In this document: in pieces, positions 10,540 to 19,523 of the stretch
Layout of the letters: each line of letters opens with the position of its first letter
Numbering within the stretch: the stretch's first letter is position 1
Source of the DNA: Promethearchaeota archaeon
Lineage (GTDB): Archaea > Asgardarchaeota > Lokiarchaeia > Sigyniarchaeales > SOKP01
Length of the DNA: 64,000 bases
NCBI GenBank assembly: GCA_019057795.1
Contig: JAHLWS010000079.1
Span: 1-64,000 of the forward strand
Reading direction: 5' to 3'
Notes under the pieces: generated by a model
What the model was told of the DNA's origin: nothing
Database searches by the model: none
Seen by the model: only the letters and a program-made list of their open reading frames with translations
Translations under genes and position numbers: made by a program

Positions 10540-11109
10540 ATGGTTGATTTAAATAAGCTTACTGTTAAATATTTAGAAAAATTAGCTGAAGAGTGTAGAA
10601 TCACATTTAAAAAGTCTATTAATAAACCTGCAAAAATTAAAACAATATTAAACGCAGGAATTCCAAGTAATAAAATTGAAAATTTATTTGAAAAATATTT
10701 AGCTGAAATCAAAGCTAAAAAAAAGCCAAGTAAAGTAGCCAAAAAAAAGCCAGAATCAACAGCAACTACAAAAATTGTAGGACGTGTAAAATTACTTGAA
10801 GATCAGGTAAGATTTTTAATGTCTAAAATAGATAGTGTTGAGATTAAATTAGCAAATTTAAAAACATCTAATTTAATTGGAACAGAGACAGATTCACTTG
10901 AAATTAAAAATATAATAAAATCAAAGATACTACCTGGAAACTCTATTGCTATAGATGATTTACTTGATACTAGAAAATTAAAAAAATATTCTTTCGAGCA
11001 AATTGAAAAAGCAATAATAGATTTAATTGATGATGAGATTTTTGATGTATCAGAAAGTAGTTCTAAAACAAAAATTGAAGGAAATATAGGGCGTTTAATT
11101 AGAAGATAA
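10540..11109 (+). CDS. Putative nucleic-acid-binding protein (Rho-N/SAP-like N-terminus, coiled coil, winged-helix-like C-terminus)
   Basis: LNKLTVKYLEKLAEECRI...KIKTIL helix-extension-helix pattern; heptad segment; start taken as ATG 10540. Confidence 0.65.
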   Translation: MVDLNKLTVKYLEKLAEECRITFKKSINKPAKIKTILNAGIPSNKIENLFEKYLAEIKAKKKPSKVAKKKPESTATTKIVGRVKLLEDQVRFLMSKIDSVEIKLANLKTSNLIGTETDSLEIKNIIKSKILPGNSIAIDDLLDTRKLKKYSFEQIEKAIIDLIDDEIFDVSESSSKTKIEGNIGRLIRR

Positions 11110-11130
11110 AAAATTTAAGGAGTTTTTAAT

Positions 11131-13578
11131 TTGATACTTCAAAAAAGATTAACATGGCCTTCTCATAGAGATTGTCAAAGATTAAATGATATCATTTTTG
11201 AAACAAATTTACATCCATTTGGGATAGCAGCATACAATCCTAGTAAGCTTGTTACTGATTTTGTTGGAAGGAGAGAAGAACTTCAAAAAATAAAAGTACA
11301 AATTCAAAATGTTATTAACCATAAAATGAGTAGATCTATACAATTGGATGGTCCAGCTGGTGTTGGTAAATCTACATTATTTAATTTTTTAAAAGAGTCA
11401 ATCCAAAAAGAGAGATCTCCAAAAACTATAAAAACAGAATATCTATTTAAAGATTGTGATATCTTCTCTACCTATTTTGTAATACCCGATAAGATCTCAG
11501 AGTTCTCTAATCTTTGGAGGTCTATGTTAGAAGGTCTAAGCTCTGGGTTCGATATTGAAGTTGGATATGATATAAGTCTTCCGGAGTATATCGCATTTCA
11601 TTTAATATATCGCTTGTTTCAAAATGATAAAGAAAATATCGCTAAAATAATTTGGACAGAGGAGACTCGTCCAAAAAATCTATACCGCGTAGAATTTAAA
11701 GACATAATTGATCCACTTTTTTTGAAAGGATCCTCAGCAGTTAAAGCAATTCAATTCTATTTTACAGAAAATAAAAGAGAGCTTCGTAATATTTTTAGAG
11801 TTAAAATTAAGGATAAGTTATATGAGATTAAAAGAGCGGATAATAAATTCATACTTAATTTATTTAGAGTTATTGATGAGGATGATCCAGAAGATTATTT
11901 AGATTTAATTCTTAATGCAGATAAAAGTTTATTTCAAACTAATGATAATTTGATTGATTATTTTAATGATTTAATGCGATATTACGCATGTAGCGCGAGG
12001 AAACAACCAATATTGCTTATTGGTATTGATGAGTCTGTAAAAGCAGATCCTCAAGATCGTGAAGATTATTTTTTAAGATTAGCAAATTTATTTGTAAAAT
12101 TAAGAAACAAATTAAAGGATATATTATTTGTTTTTATTTCAACAACAGAAGACTGGGCAAGCTTTAATGATGTTTTAAAAAAGAAAACAGATTTACAGAG
12201 CCAATTGAGTGAATTTATGTATAAAATATCTCTTACTCAGTTAAGTGTGGAAGAAATGATTCAAGTTTTCAAAAATCGAATGAATAGATTTTGGCAAAAT
12301 TATTCCTCCAATCGACCATTAGAGGCTCACTATTATCCATTTTCGGAAAATCTATTTGAATATGTGTATCGTTTTAAATTGAGAGATTTACGTGGATCAA
12401 TCCATTTTTTAAATGATATTTGGATGAAATTTAGGTACTCACATGAAATACCTAAATTTGAGAAAATATTTGAATGTATGAGAGAAGTACGGAAATTTGA
12501 TCGTAAACCTTTTGATCCTCATACATTGAAAAGATTTGAGTGGACAATAATTAATAAATCATTTAATGAGCAATCCAGATTTAATAGCAACTCGGCGAGG
12601 TCTTCGTCAGTAGAAAAAGGACTTGAAAATGCATGGAAATGCTTACTAAGTGAAAATCCCCCAACAATAACGAGAATTGAAAATAACTGTGTGATTAAAA
12701 CTTCAAGTGGCAATCGTAGACCCGATGTATATTTAGAGATTCATGGAAATTTAGGAGCAGAATTTCGTCGCAATGTTGAATTTCAAGTTAAAGCCTACAA
12801 TCAAAAAGGTACGGTATCCTTAAAACATATAGAATCATCTTTAGAATTATTTGAAGAAAATTTTACTGATTTTATTTATTTTATTATTACTGGAAGAGGT
12901 TTAGAACCTAGAGCTGAAGCAAGAGTAAAAGAATTGGAAGTAAAATATACAAATCGTATAAGGCGCCCAGTATTAACTGAAGATCAAGAAAATCGTTTAT
13001 ATTTGTTAGCACTCTATAAAGAGATCACAAGTATGAATTTAGGTGATATACATCAAAATGATTTGCAGATAGCTAAAGAAGCTTTAAGTTTTATTATAGG
13101 GCAGCCAGTAGAAAAGTTTTTGGCAGAAATAAAAAATCTAGCTTACAGAAGAACAAAAATTGAAGGTGAAGTTATATCCCCACCAAAACCCCCTGTAATT
13201 ACTCCACCTCCAATAGATATAACTTCTTTTACTGAAGAAACTTCAGAAATTACACCACCAGAACCACCAGAACCACCTTCTCAAGTTAAATGGTTGGTTA
13301 AATACCCCGATTTTAAACCTTACCGTTATGAAGCATGTGCTTTATGTGGATATTTAAAAAACCGAGAAACAGGTAGATATCAATTTAAATTTACAATCCC
13401 TACAGTACAAAAAAATGTTATTATTAGTAATGCGTTATTAAGTAAAGATTTATTTAAAAAATTAGTGAACTTTATGAAAAATTATAGATATATTGTTCCA
13501 GAGAAAACTTCTTTTAAGCTTACTCAATTGGGAGAGGAATTCTATCAAACAGTTAAAGCAGAAAATTATAGATGTTAA
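11131..13578 (+). CDS. P-loop ATPase fused to a PD-(D/E)xK nuclease-like domain, Pro-rich linker and C-terminal winged helix
   Basis: DFVGRREEL, Walker A GPAGVGKS, Walker B LLIGIDE, RPDVYLEI...VEFQVK, PPKPP/PPEPPEPP linker, FKLTQLGEEF; SD AAGGAG before TTG. Confidence 0.8.
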   Translation: MILQKRLTWPSHRDCQRLNDIIFETNLHPFGIAAYNPSKLVTDFVGRREELQKIKVQIQNVINHKMSRSIQLDGPAGVGKSTLFNFLKESIQKERSPKTIKTEYLFKDCDIFSTYFVIPDKISEFSNLWRSMLEGLSSGFDIEVGYDISLPEYIAFHLIYRLFQNDKENIAKIIWTEETRPKNLYRVEFKDIIDPLFLKGSSAVKAIQFYFTENKRELRNIFRVKIKDKLYEIKRADNKFILNLFRVIDEDDPEDYLDLILNADKSLFQTNDNLIDYFNDLMRYYACSARKQPILLIGIDESVKADPQDREDYFLRLANLFVKLRNKLKDILFVFISTTEDWASFNDVLKKKTDLQSQLSEFMYKISLTQLSVEEMIQVFKNRMNRFWQNYSSNRPLEAHYYPFSENLFEYVYRFKLRDLRGSIHFLNDIWMKFRYSHEIPKFEKIFECMREVRKFDRKPFDPHTLKRFEWTIINKSFNEQSRFNSNSARSSSVEKGLENAWKCLLSENPPTITRIENNCVIKTSSGNRRPDVYLEIHGNLGAEFRRNVEFQVKAYNQKGTVSLKHIESSLELFEENFTDFIYFIITGRGLEPRAEARVKELEVKYTNRIRRPVLTEDQENRLYLLALYKEITSMNLGDIHQNDLQIAKEALSFIIGQPVEKFLAEIKNLAYRRTKIEGEVISPPKPPVITPPPIDITSFTEETSEITPPEPPEPPSQVKWLVKYPDFKPYRYEACALCGYLKNRETGRYQFKFTIPTVQKNVIISNALLSKDLFKKLVNFMKNYRYIVPEKTSFKLTQLGEEFYQTVKAENYRC

Positions 13579-13581
13579 GGC

Positions 13582-13590
13582 TTTTTTTTT
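13582..13590 (+). terminator. Oligo-T archaeal terminator after the ATPase gene
   Basis: T9 run starting 4 nt after the stop codon. Confidence 0.5.
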
Positions 13591-13600
13591 GTAGCATTTT

Positions 13601-13695
13601 TCGAATAATTAATTTTAAATTTGACTATTTAGCCAATCTCTAAGGTCATTTAATACTATTCTTCTATCTTTTTCGATTTCATTATATACTTCATG
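13601..13695 (-). repeat. Diverged duplicate of the 3' end of the lysophospholipase gene (15280-15374)
   Basis: Near-identical TATTTAGCCAATCTCT...ATTATATACTTCATG at both sites. Confidence 0.9.
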
Positions 13696-13827
13696 CATAC
13701 ATTTGCACCCAATGTGGTTAGTGATAGGAGCAATTACCAAACATATTTTTAAATACTATTATATATATATTGTAACTAAGTTTAAGACAAAAATTAAAAA
13801 GCGATTGATTGAAAAGGGTGTATTAAA

Positions 13828-14169
13828 ATACCACGAACAGGAAGAGAACATTCACTTTCTTTTATTTGCTTAGGTTTTATGGTGTTATATGGGTTAATTT
13901 TCATTTATTTTTCAAATACAATTGAAATATTAGCAATTCCCGTTATTTTGACATTTTTTTTGTTTATATCATTCTTTACTTGTTGTCACCTTTTTGGATA
14001 TAATCCGCTAATGATAAATGCAATATTAAATAGAGTTGATAAAGGTTCAGCAAAATCTCCGTTAATTTGTCCTAATTGTGGTTTAATGACAATACAGAAT
14101 GATATAACCTGCCCCCGATGTGGTGCATCTTTAAAATCATCATTAGAGAGATGGGGAGATAAAAAATGA
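13828..14169 (+). CDS. Small membrane protein with C-terminal Zn ribbon
   Basis: Two TM helices, CPNCG...CPRCG; frame is open upstream of ATG 13879 to ATA 13828, behind AAGGGTG. Confidence 0.65.
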   Translation: MPRTGREHSLSFICLGFMVLYGLIFIYFSNTIEILAIPVILTFFLFISFFTCCHLFGYNPLMINAILNRVDKGSAKSPLICPNCGLMTIQNDITCPRCGASLKSSLERWGDKK

Positions 14170-14777
14170 ATATTATAGATATTATAATAAAAAAAAGATT
14201 AAAGTATGAACAAAGATTAGGTTCAATTTTTTATAGACTGCTAGCCCCAATTAAACTATTAATAATTCTTGGAGCAACTGTATTCATACTTCGTACTATA
14301 TTTACAGGAAATTTATTGGAAAATTCAACAGTTATTACTATTTTAACTATCATGATTATTGTGGGTATAATTTATTCCTTTGACTTTTTATATGTGATTG
14401 CATATGTTATAGCTAAAAAATCAATTAAATCCCAAATAATTGAAACGAAATACAAACGCGAAATGGGAAAATCCATACGGAAAATGGGAAAATACAAACA
14501 GGAAATGGAAGAAAGTAAGCAGGAACTAGAACAGATTGAGTTAATACAACAAATTTCGCATGGGATAATTCTCGGAAAAATTAGTAACTTTTTAAGAGAT
14601 AATAAAGGGAAGGCTTTTACATTTAGAGCTTTAGATAACAGAATAGAAAAAATTTTTGAAGATCCAAATGAAAAAGAATATTGCAAAAGAAATCTTCAAA
14701 ATATTCTAAAGGAACTGACATCTAAGGGTTCGATAAAATCAGTTCAACGTGGAGATGTAACCCATTACTTCTTTTAA
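14166..14777 (+). CDS. 2-TM membrane protein with coiled coil and winged-helix-like C-terminus
   Basis: Two TM helices, E/K-rich helix, ISNFL...LKELTSKGSI...HYFF; start overlaps the upstream stop. Confidence 0.7.
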   Translation: MNIIDIIIKKRLKYEQRLGSIFYRLLAPIKLLIILGATVFILRTIFTGNLLENSTVITILTIMIIVGIIYSFDFLYVIAYVIAKKSIKSQIIETKYKREMGKSIRKMGKYKQEMEESKQELEQIELIQQISHGIILGKISNFLRDNKGKAFTFRALDNRIEKIFEDPNEKEYCKRNLQNILKELTSKGSIKSVQRGDVTHYFF

Positions 14778-14838
14778 AAAGTTAAAAAATCTTAAATAAT
14801 AGAATTCAAACCTTAAACAATCCATAAGAAAGAAATGT

Positions 14839-14922
14839 TTTACATTCTTCTAAAACGCTTAATACTTCGTCAATAGCGCCCCATAGTTCGTGCCCATATA
14901 CATTTATCTCCAAGAGACTCAC
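14839..14922 (-). pseudogene. 5' fragment of a second Smr-domain gene
   Basis: Near-identical to 16597-16680, then homology breaks off. Confidence 0.85.
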
Positions 14923-14982
14923 GCAGTTTTCATAAGGAATTTAGGAATTAATTTTTTCCATTTTCCATTATTTATTAATCTT

Positions 14983-15123
14983 TTATTTTTTTAAATTAAA
15001 AGTAAATTTACAACTTGGATAGTATGAGCACCCTAAAAAAGGGCCATACTTTCCACTGCGGGCTACTAAATGTTTTCCACATTTTGGGCAAGGAATAAAT
15101 ATATATTTACTAAGATTAAAATT
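14983..15123 (-). pseudogene. C-terminal fragment carrying a topoisomerase-type Zn ribbon (IPCPKCGKHLVARSGKYGPFLGCSYYPSCKFTFNLKK*)
   Basis: Manual translation; no ATG/GTG/TTG start; homologous to the Zn ribbons of 7130-8179. Confidence 0.8.
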
Positions 15124-15293
15124 AAAATTACTAAAGATTGTTATTTTCAGTTAAGTTAAAGCTCTAACATCAAAAGTCTTGAATTGAAGTTTTCGATACA
15201 AAATACATCAGAGACATTAGAAATGAAATATTGTTAAAAAATTAAATTTGATAAGGTTTTAGAAAAACGATTGTTTCGGTCGAATATTATAAT

Positions 15294-16127
15294 TTAAATT
15301 TGGCTATTTAGCCAATCTCTCAGGTCATTTAATACTATTCTTCTATCTTTTTCGATTTCATTATATACTTCATGGTATAAACCTTCATAAATTTTAATGG
15401 TTTTGTCATGCATTTTAAACAGGTTATCAAGTTCGTCGCTACCTTTAAGTAATTTATCTTCTGAGCCGCACTGAACCAGCAAGTTAATTTTAAAATTGCT
15501 TACAACTGCCTTGAGATTTTTGAAATTTTTTATCATTTCATATCCTAATCTTGCGGTAATTTTATCTGCGTTGACTAAAGGGTCGGTTTTATAATTTTTT
15601 ACTACTTCTGGGTCGTGACTTAAGAATTTTGAATCAATTCTAGGATTAAATTTCATTTTAGGGGCAATTTTTGAGAAAATTTTAGCTATTAATTTAAGGA
15701 ATCCACTAGTTTCTTTACCAGGGCTAGTACCCGTTCCCGAAAGAATAAGCCCATCTAAAAGATGCTCGTATTTTTTAGTGAAATAAATGGCGATAAATGA
15801 ACCGAGTGAGTGACCTAGCATAAAAATTGGTAAATCAGAGTGTTTTTCTTTTATTAAATCGTAAAATAATTTTTCATCTTCTATGAATTGGTCAAAAGAA
15901 TCTACATAATTACGTAATCCCTCGGATTTACCATGACCGAGATGATCGTTAGCATAAATTGCAAAACTTTCCGGAATTAATTCATTCACAACATTTTGAT
16001 ATCTACCAGAATGTTCAAATCCTCCATGTACAAGTTGAATAACTGCTTTAGGGTTATTTGGAATCCATGCTTGATAATAAATGTTTAAATCTTTTACTCC
16101 TTTAAATTTTCCCTCTATATGTTTCAA
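15294..16127 (-). CDS. Lysophospholipase / monoacylglycerol lipase (alpha/beta hydrolase)
   Basis: VHGGFEHSGRY, DHLGHGKSEG, GHSLG, YEGLYHEVYNE. Confidence 0.93.
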   Translation of the reverse strand: MKHIEGKFKGVKDLNIYYQAWIPNNPKAVIQLVHGGFEHSGRYQNVVNELIPESFAIYANDHLGHGKSEGLRNYVDSFDQFIEDEKLFYDLIKEKHSDLPIFMLGHSLGSFIAIYFTKKYEHLLDGLILSGTGTSPGKETSGFLKLIAKIFSKIAPKMKFNPRIDSKFLSHDPEVVKNYKTDPLVNADKITARLGYEMIKNFKNLKAVVSNFKINLLVQCGSEDKLLKGSDELDNLFKMHDKTIKIYEGLYHEVYNEIEKDRRIVLNDLRDWLNSQI

Positions 16128-16274
16128 ATACTCATCTCACTGTTTTTTATTTTAAATAGAAAGATACAAATTATAAAATTATATCGTCTTATTTAGTTAA
16201 AATTAATAATTAATTAATGATTTTGCATCACAATTTTGGGGATTTAAATTACAAATTTAATAGAGTTTGAGATA

Positions 16275-16415
16275 ATTATTACTTCTAAAAAGCCTCAAAT
16301 GGGATGGATATGTTCATATGCTCCATTAGAATTGGTCTATGCAACAGGATTTCTTCCCTATCGTATAGTTGGTCATTCAAATTCCATAACCGATGCTGAT
16401 TCCTACATACGATGA
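16275..16415 (+). pseudogene. N-terminal fragment of a 2-hydroxyacyl-CoA dehydratase (HgdB/BcrC-like) subunit
   Basis: Manual translation GWICSYAPLELVYATGFLPYRIVGHSNSITDADSYIR*. Confidence 0.65.
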
Positions 16416-16428
16416 CATTAATTCGCGA

Positions 16429-16680
16429 TTATAAAATTACAAAGGATGATATGGCAGGATCAGAAATGTCTTTCATTTTTAATCGGAACCCTTCACGAGC
16501 CATTTCCACTAGAAATTTATTCGATCTAAAGAAATTCTTTAGAACTTGCCCGTGCTTATAACCGTGGATGATATTGATTTCCCCATGGCCATTTATTTTA
16601 CATTCTTCTAAAACGCTTAATACTTCGTCAATAGCGCCCCATAGTTCATGCCCATGTACATTTATCTCCAATAGACTCAC
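16429..16680 (-). CDS. Stand-alone Smr/MutS2-domain protein
   Basis: INVHG...AIDEV...INIIHGYKHGQVLK. Confidence 0.8.
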   Translation of the reverse strand: MSLLEINVHGHELWGAIDEVLSVLEECKINGHGEINIIHGYKHGQVLKNFFRSNKFLVEMAREGFRLKMKDISDPAISSFVIL

Positions 16681-16740
16681 GCAGTTATCATTAGGAATTA
16701 ATTTTTTCCATTTTCCATTATTTATTAATCTTTTATTTTC

Positions 16741-17112
16741 TTAAATTAAGTCTCTAATAATTGCTATTCTTTGATCAATGTCAAGTGGATACTTCAAACC
16801 GTCATCTGTACCTTCGAAGAAGGAATCGTAATCCTTTAAACGCCGAGCAATAAATTCTTCATTATATTCTATTATTTTACGTTTTGTGTAATGCAGCTCT
16901 TTTTTATGTTTTCTTATCTTAAGGAAATCCTTTAAACGGAACCAATATATTCGTGGATACTTGAGTAAATAGTCCAATTCTGTAATAAATTGATCTTTTT
17001 CATGAAAAGTTAAGTAGGTCTCTTTTTTCAAGAAATTGTGCCAGCTGTTTTCCCACTTCTTTTTGAGTTCATTTTTTTCATGAAAAACTTGCTGGATTTT
17101 ACGCTTAGGCAT
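16741..17112 (-). pseudogene. Internally deleted helicase IV (HelD)/UvrD-like gene: N-terminus joined to the gene's last bases
   Basis: Ends KYPLDIDQRIAIIRD, the Q-motif just before Walker A; junction runs into TTAATTTAAGAAAATAA, which matches the end of the Zn-ribbon remnant at 14983. Confidence 0.65.
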
Positions 17113-17307
17113 GAATAATTTCAATCAACCACAATTAAAAAATATGATTAATCTATCTAAAATAGTCTAAAACAAGTTAAAAATTATTTGTAAGCATTTT
17201 TTCAACCATAAACATAAATATTTATATAATTTTTAAATACTAAAAATCAAGTTTACTTATTATACAATAGATATTTATAACTTTTTCACTATATTATATC
17301 ATAGAGA

Positions 17308-17496
17308 ATGTCAGATATTATTGAAAGTAATCCCGCGATCCTTGGAGGAAAACCTATTATAAAAGGAACCAGAATTCCAGTTGCTTTAATTTATGAACTA
17401 ATAAGATTGAATTATTCAATAAATGATATTTTAGAAGAATATCCCCATCTTAGTAAAAATATCATTTTAACTCTTCTTAACAATAAGAGTGTTTAA
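17308..17496 (+). CDS. DUF433 antitoxin-like protein
   Basis: IESNPAILGGKPIIKGTRIPV...ILEEYPHL. Confidence 0.9.
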   Translation: MSDIIESNPAILGGKPIIKGTRIPVALIYELIRLNYSINDILEEYPHLSKNIILTLLNNKSV

Positions 17497-17534
17497 TATT
17501 TGAGTAAAATAATAATATTTAAGTGTAAAATTCA

Positions 17535-17993
17535 TTGAGATATAAGTTAAAATTATATTTAGACACATCAGTTATCTCAGCGCTTTTTGATGAGAGAAAT
17601 CCTGAAAGAAAAGCTCTTACAGAATCCTTTTTCAATGAGATTGTAAACTTCGAAATATATATCTCTGATATTACTCTTGCTGAGATTGAAAAAACGCCTG
17701 ATAATGAGATTAAAAGAAAAATGGAGGAAAGAACAACAGAATTTTCAGTTCTTAATAGTTTAATAGAAGTTGAAGAATTAGCAAAAAAGATTATTCAAAA
17801 AGGGGCAATTAGTGAATCATATTCTGAAGACGCTTATCATATTGCTATAGCTATAATAAATGAAATGGATTTTCTTTTAAGTTGGAATTTTAGACATATA
17901 GTAAGAAAAAGGACGAAAGATATAGTGAGAATGATTAGTACTTTAAACAATTTAAGACAAATAGAAATAATAACTCCTGCAGAATTATTATGA
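17535..17993 (+). CDS. PIN-domain (VapC-like) ribonuclease
   Basis: YLDTSV, EIE, EDAYHIAIA, LLSWNFRHIV. Confidence 0.9.
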   Translation: MRYKLKLYLDTSVISALFDERNPERKALTESFFNEIVNFEIYISDITLAEIEKTPDNEIKRKMEERTTEFSVLNSLIEVEELAKKIIQKGAISESYSEDAYHIAIAIINEMDFLLSWNFRHIVRKRTKDIVRMISTLNNLRQIEIITPAELL

Positions 17994-18008
17994 AATAGGT
18001 GAAGAATC

Positions 18009-18191
18009 ATTTTAGATAAAAAAGAAATTGAAAAAATAGAAAAAGAGATCGAACTAGAATTCCCATATGATATGGCATTGCAGCAAATTCATATAGCCAG
18101 AAAAATCATTGCTAAGGAGGCAGAGAAGAAGGGGTTAAAATATCTTGATTATATTAAACTAATTACTAAAGATATTCGAGCAATTCAATAA
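18009..18191 (+). CDS. Small PIN-associated protein (60 aa), missing from the ORF track, probable ATT start
   Basis: (M)LDKKEIEKIEKEIELEFPYDMALQQIHIARKIIAKEAEKKG...; AGGTGA SD 6 nt upstream of ATT. Confidence 0.65.
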   Translation: MLDKKEIEKIEKEIELEFPYDMALQQIHIARKIIAKEAEKKGLKYLDYIKLITKDIRAIQ

Positions 18192-18319
18192 ATTAAAATA
18201 TAAAAAACATACCGCCAAACTCAAGAATAATCCCCCTTGCTCTTAAGTATCCTTTTAAACTTCCTGATTCTTGGAATTAAAATTTCCAACTTTTATTAAT
18301 AATCTCTAATTTAACATTT

Positions 18320-18874
18320 CTAACTTTCTTTAATAAATTCCTTAATGGTTTTTCCCGTTTCCTTAATCGAATTATATTCTGTTTCTAATTCTCCATCTAA
18401 TAAACTTAAAATATTACTTTTTTTGAAGATCTCTTGTTTAATTTTTGAATAAATTGTTGTCTTAGGATACCAGAAATAGGAAAATGACATAATATCATCT
18501 TGACTTTTATCCAGAAATCTATCAATTATCTGGATATAATCTAGCTCTCTAGATAATAAATTTTCATATAATGTTTTAGCAATTTGTTCTCCTTTCCTAG
18601 TAAGCTTAAAAATATTAATTTTCTTGTTCTCATCAAAAGGTAGTTCTTTTTTAGAAATCCATGAATTATCAATAAAGACTTGAACTACATCATTAGTTTG
18701 TTGTGAAAAGTCGCCATAATCATAAGGAGAATAATTTACATCAACTTCTAATTCACTATCTAATCTAATAATATCAACTAATTTCTGTAATGTAGTGCTA
18801 CCTCTTATTTCTCCTTTGAATTTATAAAATAAGATAAAAATTAAATCTCCTAAATTAATTTTTTTAGTTTTCAT
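18320..18874 (-). CDS. YwgA/SocA(Panacea)-like winged-helix antitoxin-type protein
   Basis: IRGSTTLQKLV and YSPYDYGDFS motifs, FKLTRKG wing. Confidence 0.7.
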   Translation of the reverse strand: MKTKKINLGDLIFILFYKFKGEIRGSTTLQKLVDIIRLDSELEVDVNYSPYDYGDFSQQTNDVVQVFIDNSWISKKELPFDENKKINIFKLTRKGEQIAKTLYENLLSRELDYIQIIDRFLDKSQDDIMSFSYFWYPKTTIYSKIKQEIFKKSNILSLLDGELETEYNSIKETGKTIKEFIKES

Positions 18875-18923
18875 TAGGAATTAATTTTTTCCATTTTCCA
18901 TTATTTATTAATCTTTTATTTTC

Positions 18924-19293
18924 TTAAATTAAGGCTCTAATAATTGCTATTCTTTGATCAATGTCAAGTGGATACTTCAAACCGTCATCTGTACCTTCGA
19001 AAAAGGAATAATAATCCTTTAAACGCCGAGCAATAAATACTTCATTATATTCTATTGTTTTATGTTTTGTGTAACGCAGCTCTTTTTTCTGTTTTCTTAT
19101 CTTAAGGAAATCCTTTAAACGAAACCAATTTATTCGTGGATACTTGAGTAAATAGTCCAATTCTGTAATAAATTGATCTTTTTCATTAAAAATTAAATAG
19201 GTCTCTTTTTTCAAGAAATTGTGTCAGCTGTTTTCCCACTTTTTTTAAGTTCATTTTTTCCTGAAAAACTTGCTGGATTTTACTCTTAGGCAT
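18924..19293 (-). pseudogene. Second copy of the deleted helicase IV-like gene, further decayed
   Basis: 18872-19323 is near-identical to 16689-17143; TGG>TGA at 19224-19226 and a 1-nt deletion in an A/T run. Confidence 0.85.
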
Positions 19294-19523
19294 GAATAAT
19301 TTCAATCAACCACAATTAAAAAATTAAATAGAAAAGAATGAGACATTTAACTTTTCTGTCAAATTGATTTTTCTTTAGGATAAGAGAATTTTTTCCTAAT
19401 TAATATGATAATCATCCTAAATTTTCTATTAATAAATTATGCTAAATTTGAAGGTATAATTATTATTTAATTATTGTATCTCCTTCTAGTTAGGCTTTAT
19501 ATGGCGTATATGAGCCTATTTCT

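Larger units (their letters stand above)
14941..18932 (-). repeat. Three copies of a ~55-bp intergenic element TTAGGAATTAATTTTTTCCATTTTCCATTATTTATTAATCTTTTATTTT at ~14941, ~16691, ~18874
   Basis: Read directly; each copy follows the 3' end of a helicase remnant on the minus strand. Confidence 0.9.

Noticed and set aside
13180-13280. CCA-rich repetitive DNA
   Set aside because: Simply encodes the Pro-rich linker of the ATPase
14941-18932. Three ~55-bp repeats as a CRISPR array or attC cassette sites
   Set aside because: Spacing is in kilobases, there is no palindrome, cas gene or integrase, and they are explained as part of duplicated gene ends
19224-19226. In-frame TGA as selenocysteine
   Set aside because: It aligns to TGG (Trp) in the sister copy, and the same copy carries a frameshift
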